Shown: positions 39,824-47,856 of the stretch, one piece after another
Layout: the number at the start of each line of letters is the position of its first letter
How positions within the stretch are numbered: the first letter of the stretch is position 1
Source: a virus
Reading direction: 5' to 3' (one strand)
DNA: 64,000 nucleotides
IMG/VR virus record: IMGVR_UViG_3300023174_000074
Coordinates: 1-64,000 of that record
The notes under the pieces: generated by a model
What the model was told of the DNA's origin: nothing
The model's database searches: none
The model's input: the letters and a program-made list of their open reading frames with translations, nothing else
Translations under genes and position numbers: made by a program

Positions 39824-40618
39824 ATGGCAGGCATAAAAACTTTTTATAAACCAGGAGAAGCAATTAAATGGACCAAGGAGGAACTATTTAATCACGGATA
39901 TGTTGTTAAAACAGAAAGGTGGCAGGGAATAGAATCACCTGATGATATGTGGGAAACAATGAATCATTCATTTCAGTTTTTTATGCCACACACAATAGAA
40001 GAGTTGGCAACTGAGATTAGACCCAATCTTCCTTGGGCAGATGAACATTTTGAGGAAAGAGTTGGCGGACAACCTTTGAATCCCCCGCCTTCTCATGTTA
40101 GATGGCCTTTTGCCCAGAAGAACAATTCTCAATTTGGTGGTCATGAACAATTTTCGCACACATACCCAGAAAGAATCTGGTCTAGGTTTGCTGGTGATAA
40201 ATTCGAACATATAGATGAACCACGCAAAGGGATCAGATACGAATATGGTGATTTTGGAGATGTGCTGGATCTGATGGAAAGGGAACCTTTCACAAGACAA
40301 GCATTTTTACCAATTTGGTTTCCTGAAGATACAGGAACAGTTCACGGAGAACGTGTACCTTGTACCTTGGGATATCAGTTTATTAGAAGAGGCAATTGGC
40401 TTCATGTGACATATTACATAAGATCGTGTGATTATATAAGACACTTTAGAGACGATGTTTATATGGCATGCAGAAAGCTTATGTGGTTGTTAGACAACCT
40501 AAAACAAAGGGATCCAGAAAGGTGGTCTGATGTTACCCCGGGATACTTTGTTATGCACATAACATCTTTACATTGTTTTAATAGCGAAAGGGGCATATTG
40601 AAACAGTCTAAGATGTAA
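39824..40618 (+). CDS. thymidylate-synthase-fold enzyme, probable dCMP hydroxymethylase/methylase
   Basis: TRQA..PIW, VPCT, YYIRSCDYIRHFRDD (Asp at the specificity position), SLH. Confidence 0.75.
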   Translation: MAGIKTFYKPGEAIKWTKEELFNHGYVVKTERWQGIESPDDMWETMNHSFQFFMPHTIEELATEIRPNLPWADEHFEERVGGQPLNPPPSHVRWPFAQKNNSQFGGHEQFSHTYPERIWSRFAGDKFEHIDEPRKGIRYEYGDFGDVLDLMEREPFTRQAFLPIWFPEDTGTVHGERVPCTLGYQFIRRGNWLHVTYYIRSCDYIRHFRDDVYMACRKLMWLLDNLKQRDPERWSDVTPGYFVMHITSLHCFNSERGILKQSKM

Positions 40619-40637
40619 AAAAATAACTAAATTCACT

Positions 40638-40814
40638 ATGAACAAGGAACTACAAATTGCAAAAACTTATGAAGATCTTAAAAACTTTATCATTAAGATC
40701 TCACACGAAACACCAAATAATATAGAACTGGGTGATAAAATTAGAGAAATATCAAATTATCTGAAGGAAAACAAGTCTTCAGATATCAAAGAACCCAATA
40801 ATAACTCAATTTAA
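40638..40814 (+). CDS. small hypothetical protein
   Basis: 58-aa ORF with PNNIELGDKIR. Confidence 0.5.
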   Translation: MNKELQIAKTYEDLKNFIIKISHETPNNIELGDKIREISNYLKENKSSDIKEPNNNSI

Positions 40815-40815
40815 T

Positions 40816-41100
40816 ATGGAAAACGCAGAAAATAAAAAATCGGAATTAATTGGATTTAAAGCTCCAAACAAAGAAATGCTTAAGTATTATGGTGATCTTT
40901 ACGAGAGAAATCAAGCCAAATGGATACGTAGATCTTCTTTAGAGGCTGAACATCTCGGTTCCGAATTCCAGTTCGAAGGTAAAGATATGAAGTTAATGGG
41001 AACTATAGATGCTGTGCTAATGCTTGTAAAAGACTCTGATGATAATTACTATCGTATGAATTGTAACACCATATCAGAAATAGTAACGGGGAAAAGATAA
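40816..41100 (+). CDS. hypothetical protein
   Basis: ORF in operon. Confidence 0.55.
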   Translation: MENAENKKSELIGFKAPNKEMLKYYGDLYERNQAKWIRRSSLEAEHLGSEFQFEGKDMKLMGTIDAVLMLVKDSDDNYYRMNCNTISEIVTGKR

Positions 41101-41324
41101 TGGTCGAGTTCTACGTAAAAACACAGGATCCTAAATCACACATAGAAGCTTGTTCTTTAATCAATTACTTTAACTGTAAAATAATAACCGATAGAGTTTG
41201 TGAAAAGAATGAGTCTTTTTATGGTGTTTTTTACGTTAGCACCACAGAAGAAGCATTTGAGGTATTTAGCGAAATCTCCATTGGAATAACCGTACAATAT
41301 CCTAAGGGAAAAACCCTACGATAA
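41100..41324 (+). CDS. hypothetical protein
   Basis: TAATG-coupled ORF. Confidence 0.5.
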   Translation: MVEFYVKTQDPKSHIEACSLINYFNCKIITDRVCEKNESFYGVFYVSTTEEAFEVFSEISIGITVQYPKGKTLR

Positions 41325-41409
41325 TTTACAAAAATCTTTAAATACTTAAATTCTTCCGGATATATAATTAGCCATTTTTTGAAAATCTGGTAAAATTAAC
41401 CAAAAGACC

Positions 41410-41793
41410 ATGGAAGAAAAAGATATAACGAGCACGTTTTTAATGAAACAGATCTTAGATGAGCTGAATCATCTTAAAACTAACATGCCTAATGGCGAAC
41501 TTAAGCATCTGCAAACTACCATGGAGGATTTAAAAAAAGATCAAAAATCGATGAAAGATGACATTTCTGATATGAAGAAAAAGCTTCTTGATCCAGAAAC
41601 GGGGGTTATAGTTAAAGTTAACGAAAACACTAAATTTAGATTAGCTGAAGAAAACCGATACGACGATTATATGAAATTTAATATTGATGTCGATTCTCTT
41701 AAGAAATGGCAGGGCGGAGTTAATAAAGCTCTTTGGATTATATTTGGAGCTATATTGGCAATTGCACTAAAAGTTATTTTTGCGGTAGGATAA
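41410..41793 (+). CDS. coiled-coil protein with C-terminal transmembrane helix (holin/XhlA-like)
   Basis: Heptad pattern plus terminal hydrophobic helix; GATATATA at 41359. Confidence 0.55.
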   Translation: MEEKDITSTFLMKQILDELNHLKTNMPNGELKHLQTTMEDLKKDQKSMKDDISDMKKKLLDPETGVIVKVNENTKFRLAEENRYDDYMKFNIDVDSLKKWQGGVNKALWIIFGAILAIALKVIFAVG

Positions 41794-41816
41794 ATTCGAC
41801 CACCATTTATAAACAG

Positions 41817-41849
41817 CCCTCATGTTAATATATAGTGTGAGGGTTTTTT
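41817..41849 (+). terminator. intrinsic terminator
   Basis: CCCTCAT...GTGAGGG plus T6. Confidence 0.65.
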
Positions 41850-41927
41850 GTTTATAAAAATACAGATCCTACTATGTCCAGAACCGCTATAATTTAGCAA
41901 ATTAAATAAACATCAGATAATGATCCA

Positions 41928-42113
41928 GTGAAAGAAAATGAGAAAAAAACATATAACAAGAACTTAGAACTTTATTCGTTGATACTAAAAGGGAAAATCA
42001 AGGGTAAGACTGAAATATTAGAGTGTATAAGATTGCTTGAATATTTTGAGGATTATGAAAAATGTGAGCATCTGATTAATGTAATAAAAGAGATAGATAA
42101 TCCAACAACATAA
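41928..42113 (+). CDS. small protein with UVR-like motif
   Basis: LEYFEDYEKCEHL. Confidence 0.5.
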   Translation: MKENEKKTYNKNLELYSLILKGKIKGKTEILECIRLLEYFEDYEKCEHLINVIKEIDNPTT

Positions 42114-42204
42114 GAAGAACTTGGAAAGAAAAATGGATAGAGTTATATTTGAAAATGCAATAGCTACCATGAAAAAATATGGAGTCGGCAGTATATTGTC
42201 AACA

Positions 42205-43612
42205 AAGATATATCATTTTAGCATGAAAATGTATTCAAACAGAAGGAAAGAACTAAATGCTTTAAAAAAAGTGTTGCAACAGGAAAATGAAAACGATTAA
42301 ACTTCCATATAAAACCAGCGAAGATCTAACTTCTGTACTTAAGCAATATTCGTCTATTGTCAGGTATAGTTATAATCGGTTTCTTGAAGGTAAAACCGAA
42401 AAGAATATAAGGGAATTAACCAAATCATTAAATAACATTAATACACTAAACTCTTGGTTAGTTCAATGCGGGATTAAAGAGGCTAAAGCAATACAAACAA
42501 GATTTAAGAATGAAAAAGTTACATTTGGGGGTAAGTTTAATCTTATCAACAGACTTAAAAATAAGATAACTAATGATGAATATCGGCTTAAAAGATTAAG
42601 TCCTATAAACATTCAGGGCGAAGAACTTAAACAGGGGAATCGCTTATTTAAGCTGGATATAATTGAAAATAATCAAATCATTTTTAAATTAAATAGGTTA
42701 ACCCATATAAAATTAGAATTGCCTAATTTAAGAAATAACATAAAGAAAGAATTGTTTAAACTTCAACAACTTAATGAAGTCAAACAAAACCAAAAAGGAT
42801 ATACATATTCGATTAGATTTGACTTAAACAATATCTACATAAGTTTTGAAGAATTTAAAACAGAAAAAGTTAAAATACTAAACGAAAATAGATGCATAGG
42901 TATAGATTTAAACCCAGATACAATAGGAATTTCTATTTTAGATAGGGGAAATGTAATTTATACCCATGAATTTAGCTTGAAACCAATATTTAACAAAATA
43001 TTGAATGAAAAATTAAGCTCTAAATCGGATAGAATGAAGTTTTTTCAGAATAAATTAAAGTTTGAAACATTTGAAATAAGTAAATCGATAACTAAATTAG
43101 CAAAACAATTTAATTGTAAATCTGTTTTTATTGAGGATTTAGATTTTAAAAGTTCTTCAACTATTAAACTATCAAACAGAAAGAATAAAAATCTTTGGAA
43201 AAGAGAATTGTTTATTAATAACTTAACCAAAAGATTAAATATAGAAGGGATTAAACTATATTCAGTTAATCCGGCTTATTCGAGTTTTATCGGGAATTTA
43301 ATGCACGACTATACTGATGCAGTAAATGCTTCAATAGAAATAGCAAGAAGAGGATTTGAATATAGAATAAAGAAAAACAAGACAGGATTTTATCCAAATC
43401 TGTTGGTAAAACACCAATGGAAGGAAATGGCTACCAAATATACAGATTGGAAAAAATTCTTTATTGAAATAAAAAACTTGAAATTGAAATATCGGGTTTC
43501 ATTAGAAGATTGTAAAAAATCATTTAATGTTTTTCAGCAAAATTCAGCATCAAAAAGCATGGTCTTAAATTATGTTTTTTATGATTAACTATTTAATTTA
43601 ATGAATTTTGTA
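42205..43612 (+). mobile_element. non-autonomous IS607-derived element (tnpA tail remnant plus tnpB); ends approximate
   Basis: IYHFSMKMYSNRRK resembles the IS607 serine-transposase C-terminus and overlaps the tnpB start; appears to interrupt a small gene. Confidence 0.6.
42287..43588 (+). CDS. tnpB: TnpB-family RuvC nuclease lacking the zinc finger
   Basis: RYSYNR, IGIDLN (RuvC I), FIEDL (II), VNPAYSS, DAVNASIEIARR (III). Confidence 0.85.
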   Translation: MKTIKLPYKTSEDLTSVLKQYSSIVRYSYNRFLEGKTEKNIRELTKSLNNINTLNSWLVQCGIKEAKAIQTRFKNEKVTFGGKFNLINRLKNKITNDEYRLKRLSPINIQGEELKQGNRLFKLDIIENNQIIFKLNRLTHIKLELPNLRNNIKKELFKLQQLNEVKQNQKGYTYSIRFDLNNIYISFEEFKTEKVKILNENRCIGIDLNPDTIGISILDRGNVIYTHEFSLKPIFNKILNEKLSSKSDRMKFFQNKLKFETFEISKSITKLAKQFNCKSVFIEDLDFKSSSTIKLSNRKNKNLWKRELFINNLTKRLNIEGIKLYSVNPAYSSFIGNLMHDYTDAVNASIEIARRGFEYRIKKNKTGFYPNLLVKHQWKEMATKYTDWKKFFIEIKNLKLKYRVSLEDCKKSFNVFQQNSASKSMVLNYVFYD

Positions 43613-43841
43613 TTTTATTATGAATCTACAGAGGAATTTGAAAAGTGTACATACATAAAGAAATTCTTTGAAGAGCTAGAAAAAGAGGGCAAAGAATCCA
43701 AAATATATGAAGATATAGCAGGAGCTACAGGAGAAAGTTTTTCAGATAAAGCCTATAATTTTTAATCACTCATTCCTTGTTATATAATCGAAACCTTTGA
43801 TTAAAAAAGAATATAACAAAGAATAAACTTAACACTTGCTA

Positions 43842-45398
43842 ATGAAGTTTGAAGAATTAAACGACGAGCAAATATCTAAAATGTCAGATATTTACTGGAA
43901 TAGAGATTTGACATGGGATCAGAGAATGAAAAGCCTAAGTGATCTTATTGGAAAATCAGAACGAACTATCCAAAATTGGATTTCCAAATTAGGTATAACG
44001 GAAAAAGCATTAACAGAGTCACCGCAGTACATAAGGGCCAAAGAAAAAAAATTCGATAAGAAGAAGAAAAGGTTTATAATTACCTGGGCACAAAATGATA
44101 CTCCTGTTAATGAGGATTTTATACTAAACATAGAGGCTTACGCCAAAGTAATAGATGCAGATATTCACGTTATTGCAGGAAGATATAAAAACCCAACTTC
44201 GGTTTTCTCTGATAAAAGTTACGATGAGTGGTCAAATAGAATCTCAATATATCTTGATGCCAATCGCCACGAGGTTCATAAACATATGTGGATCATGTCA
44301 GATGTTAAAATCCAACCTACCGCAGTAGATCCGATGACAGGATTACAGGGTATGAGTGGAATTAATTCCTGTGTCTTTGGATCACCGAAAGTTCACATGG
44401 AAACAATTCCAGTTCTTGAAGGGAATCTACCTAAGATGATGATGACCACAGGGGCATGTACTCTTAAGAACTACACAGATTCCAAATCAGGAAAGAAAGG
44501 TGAATTCCATCATACACTAGGTTTTGTCGTTGTAGAGATAAAGGATGTGAATATATTTTTTGCCAGACAGGTTACAGCTACGGATAATGGCGATTTCTGT
44601 GATTTATATTACAAAGTTGAGAAGGGTGAGGTTTCTAAAATTAATTCAATTGCAGCTGCTGTACTCGGTGATATTCACTATGGTCAACATGACGAAAGAG
44701 TAATCTCCAAAACACTAGAGCTATTCAAAAATTTAAAACCAGATCATGTAATCCTACATGACGTTTTTGATGGCCTGTCTATTAACCACCACGAATCAAA
44801 AGATCCCTTTATACAATATCAAAGGGAAATAGACGGAACAAATTCACTGAGAGGCGAAGTTGAGGTAATGCTTAATGGATTAAAAAGTTTCGAAGATTAT
44901 AACGTTGTAATAGTTAGAAGTAACCACGACGACTTCTTAGATAGATGGCTAAAAGGAACAGATTGGAGGAAGACTGCCACTATGAAAAATTCCATTGAGT
45001 ACATGGAATATAGCGCATTGCTTCTTAAAGGAGCAGCGCCAAACGGTGTTATCCCATATTTAATAAATCAGGAGTATCCTAAATATAGAACTTTAGGCAG
45101 AAGTGATAGCTTTGTTATTAATGGCTGGGAATTAGCTCAACATGGTGATGTAGGATCAAACGGATCTAGGGGTTCTTTATTACAGTTCAGAAAATTAAAC
45201 ACTAAGATCGTAGTTGGACATTACCATTCGCCAGGAAGAAAGGACGGAGCACTTGCAGTCGGTACTTCAACTAAACTAAGAGTTAACTATAACATTGGAC
45301 CAAGTGGATGGCTTCAGTCGCATGTGATAATCCACCATGATGGTAAAGCTCAGCACATTAGTTTCATCAAAGGTGAATTCACCACGCTTAAATCATAA
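43842..45398 (+). CDS. HTH plus calcineurin-like phosphoesterase domain protein
   Basis: GKSERTIQNW HTH; GDIH, HDVFD, SNHD, QHGD, GHYH. Confidence 0.75.
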   Translation: MKFEELNDEQISKMSDIYWNRDLTWDQRMKSLSDLIGKSERTIQNWISKLGITEKALTESPQYIRAKEKKFDKKKKRFIITWAQNDTPVNEDFILNIEAYAKVIDADIHVIAGRYKNPTSVFSDKSYDEWSNRISIYLDANRHEVHKHMWIMSDVKIQPTAVDPMTGLQGMSGINSCVFGSPKVHMETIPVLEGNLPKMMMTTGACTLKNYTDSKSGKKGEFHHTLGFVVVEIKDVNIFFARQVTATDNGDFCDLYYKVEKGEVSKINSIAAAVLGDIHYGQHDERVISKTLELFKNLKPDHVILHDVFDGLSINHHESKDPFIQYQREIDGTNSLRGEVEVMLNGLKSFEDYNVVIVRSNHDDFLDRWLKGTDWRKTATMKNSIEYMEYSALLLKGAAPNGVIPYLINQEYPKYRTLGRSDSFVINGWELAQHGDVGSNGSRGSLLQFRKLNTKIVVGHYHSPGRKDGALAVGTSTKLRVNYNIGPSGWLQSHVIIHHDGKAQHISFIKGEFTTLKS

Positions 45399-45454
45399 AA
45401 AAAGGATCAGATAGATCATAGATAAAATAAAAAAATCAATTAATAATAAAAATA

Positions 45455-46058
45455 ATGATAGAAAATAATAATCCACCTCTTCTACGCGAGCTAAAATTTA
45501 TAGCTGGCGTAGACGAGGTGGGCTGAAGGAAGAGGATGTTTAAGCGGACCTGTTGTTGCTGCGGTAGTTATTATGCCAAAGGATTTTTATGATTCTAGAA
45601 TTAAAGATAGCAAAGCTATCAAAAGTTTAAAGAAAAGAGAAGAGGCAGAAGCTCTAATAAAAGAGTATGCAATATCATGGGGTATAGGTGCTGCATCTCC
45701 ACAGGAGATAGATCAAATGAATATTTTACAAGCCACATTTCTAGCAATGAAAAGAGCTATAGATTCATGTAAGATAGTTCCTGATTTTCTCTATGTTGAC
45801 GGCGATAGATTTCCTGGACATAAAGAAATAAATTATGAATGCGTTATAAAAGGAGACTCTAAGGTTCCTTGCATATCAGCAGCATCAATACTAGCTAAAG
45901 TCCACCGGGATAGACTGATGAAATCAATTAGCCAGGAATTTCCGAATTATTTATGGGAGAAGAACGTTGGATACGGTACTCCAGAACACATCTCAGCAAT
46001 AAAAGAAGTTGGCTTATCTAAGCATCACAGAAAAACATTTTGTCAAAACTTTATATAA
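45455..46058 (+). pseudogene. rnhB: ribonuclease HII interrupted by a 7-nt insertion with in-frame TGA (possible recoding)
   Basis: ATG 45455...IAGVDEVG-TGA(45524); +1 frame resumes GRGCLSGPVVAA; DSK, VDG, KGD, AASILAKVHRD, GYGT..H. Confidence 0.8.
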
Positions 46059-46059
46059 T

Positions 46060-46344
46060 ATGGAAGATAATGCAATAGAACTAAAAGGAGAAAAAGCTAC
46101 GATAGCAGATCCACACGAAAATTTCAAAGACGCCGAATGGGTTTTCCAATTCGATGACGAAGCTCCGGTGGTATTTGCATGGAGCGACAGCTCAGAAGAA
46201 CCGGGAGATGTTACCATCACACTTAAGCCAAATGTGAAAAGTAGAATTACTTTTACTAATATAGACGGAAATAAGGTAATGAGTCTTTACTCTCGACCGA
46301 TAACAGGGGAAACTGTAAAAATTAGGGAGAGTCAAATAAAATAG
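46060..46344 (+). CDS. hypothetical protein
   Basis: ATG 46060 directly after rnhB stop. Confidence 0.55.
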   Translation: MEDNAIELKGEKATIADPHENFKDAEWVFQFDDEAPVVFAWSDSSEEPGDVTITLKPNVKSRITFTNIDGNKVMSLYSRPITGETVKIRESQIK

Positions 46345-46354
46345 AGAAGCATTT

Positions 46355-46840
46355 ATGGTATATACAACTAAAAAAATAATGCAGAATTATATTTTAAATG
46401 CGGAGATAATGTCCAATAGAAAATTCACGTCTAGAGAGATGTTGGACATTAAATCAGTAATGGAATTAAGGGAAGATTTCATTATCTTGTATAGCATCTT
46501 TATTGATTGTATGGAATCTAACTTTAATGGATGCTTAGAAATCTATGTTGAGGATCTCGAATTAGACACAGATCTACAAAACGATCTGGAAAAAGTAGTT
46601 AAAGATCTGGATTCAATTATACCAGGTGGTTTATCAAACGATTCAAAAATAGAGTGGACGACAGGAACCCCTGCCATAAACACGGTTTGGTATAAAGATA
46701 ATGGTAATTGGTTCGAAAGAATTTCTGAATCGGAAAGAGAATTCTTTAGTGATTCGAATTTCGAAGACGATGACTATGATAATCCATTTAGAGGTTATAA
46801 TGATCTTTCAAATGGACAAGAAGGAGATGATTTCTGGTAA
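46355..46840 (+). CDS. acidic hypothetical protein
   Basis: ORF. Confidence 0.55.
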   Translation: MVYTTKKIMQNYILNAEIMSNRKFTSREMLDIKSVMELREDFIILYSIFIDCMESNFNGCLEIYVEDLELDTDLQNDLEKVVKDLDSIIPGGLSNDSKIEWTTGTPAINTVWYKDNGNWFERISESEREFFSDSNFEDDDYDNPFRGYNDLSNGQEGDDFW

Positions 46841-46864
46841 TAAACAAGTGATTATATATAAAAC

Positions 46865-47802
46865 GTATTGAAGGGTGCCTTTCGTACTTAGTGTCCCGGG
46901 TCAAAATGACCTTAGAGTTGTTAGCAATAGCAGCGATGGGATTTTAAAAAAAAGAAAAAGGTAAATGAAAAACAACACAATCGGAGTACAGAGTACTCCA
47001 AAACCACAAGCTTGGGTAGCCGTATCCAACAACAGACAAAAAATCTACGGCGCAAAGGATGATCTAGTTTATCTAGACAGCGGACAGGAGTTTCAAATCG
47101 AGCTCTATAATCCAACACCAACATCCTATTTAGCTAAAATCTATCTCAATGACAAGGTTATCAGTAACTCGGGTTTAGTACTTAGACCTGGACAAAGATA
47201 CTTCTTGGATCGTTTCATCGATGAGAAGAAGAAATTCTTATTTTCGACTTACGATGTTGATGCTACAGATGAGGTTAAAGAGGCAATTAAAAACAACGGT
47301 AAGGTAAAGGTTGAGTTCTACCCAGAACAAACAAATTACAGTTTCACGCTTTCGACTGGCACAACCTATGTTCCTTACCATCAAACTTGGATAAACAATC
47401 CAGGAACAGTAAATCCAACTATTTTCGGGGGAACTACTGCACCTAATGTTTACTTTACACAAACTTCATCAATCGGGGGTAATCCAATTATCTACTCTTC
47501 TAACAGCTTATCTGGGGTAGTTAACTGCTCAACTGCGGGTTCATTTGAAACTGGTAGAGTAGAAAAAGGTGAAAAATCCGATCAGGACTTTGGAAAAGAT
47601 TCGGGTAGTTACTCCTGGTATTGTTGTTACACATCAGAGTATCAAATTCTTCCGAGATCAGTTAAACCAGTAGAGGTTACTGAGATTAGAGATTATTGTA
47701 CAGTATGTGGAACAAGATCAAAGAAAAAAACATGGAAATTCTGCCCTAACTGTGGCGAATCTCTAGATCAATAAATTTCGTACAAAGGCACCCATTCAAT
47801 AC
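46865..47802. repeat. 23-bp imperfect inverted repeat enclosing one gene (arms 46865-46887 and 47780-47802)
   Basis: GTATTGAAGGGTGCCTTTCGTAC vs GTACAAAGGCACCCATTCAATAC. Confidence 0.88.
46965..47774 (+). CDS. hypothetical protein with beta-sandwich-like N-domain and C-terminal zinc ribbon
   Basis: EFQIELYNP...LVLRPGQRYFLDRF; YCTVCG...FCPNCG. Confidence 0.75.
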   Translation: MKNNTIGVQSTPKPQAWVAVSNNRQKIYGAKDDLVYLDSGQEFQIELYNPTPTSYLAKIYLNDKVISNSGLVLRPGQRYFLDRFIDEKKKFLFSTYDVDATDEVKEAIKNNGKVKVEFYPEQTNYSFTLSTGTTYVPYHQTWINNPGTVNPTIFGGTTAPNVYFTQTSSIGGNPIIYSSNSLSGVVNCSTAGSFETGRVEKGEKSDQDFGKDSGSYSWYCCYTSEYQILPRSVKPVEVTEIRDYCTVCGTRSKKKTWKFCPNCGESLDQ

Positions 47803-47856
47803 TTTTTACACGAAATTTTATTTGGCTTTTACAGTAGAACCTATAAATACAAAACA

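Noticed and set aside
42287-43588. Cas12f/Cas14 CRISPR effector
   Set aside because: No repeat-spacer array or cas genes nearby; the upstream IS607 tnpA remnant favours transposon TnpB
45524-45526. Genome-wide TGA reassignment or selenocysteine
   Set aside because: The frame also shifts after the TGA, and other genes read intact in the standard code
46865-47802. Insertion sequence with terminal inverted repeats
   Set aside because: Enclosed ORF has no transposase motifs and no target duplication is evident; bulges and G:U-rich leader stems point to RNA structure
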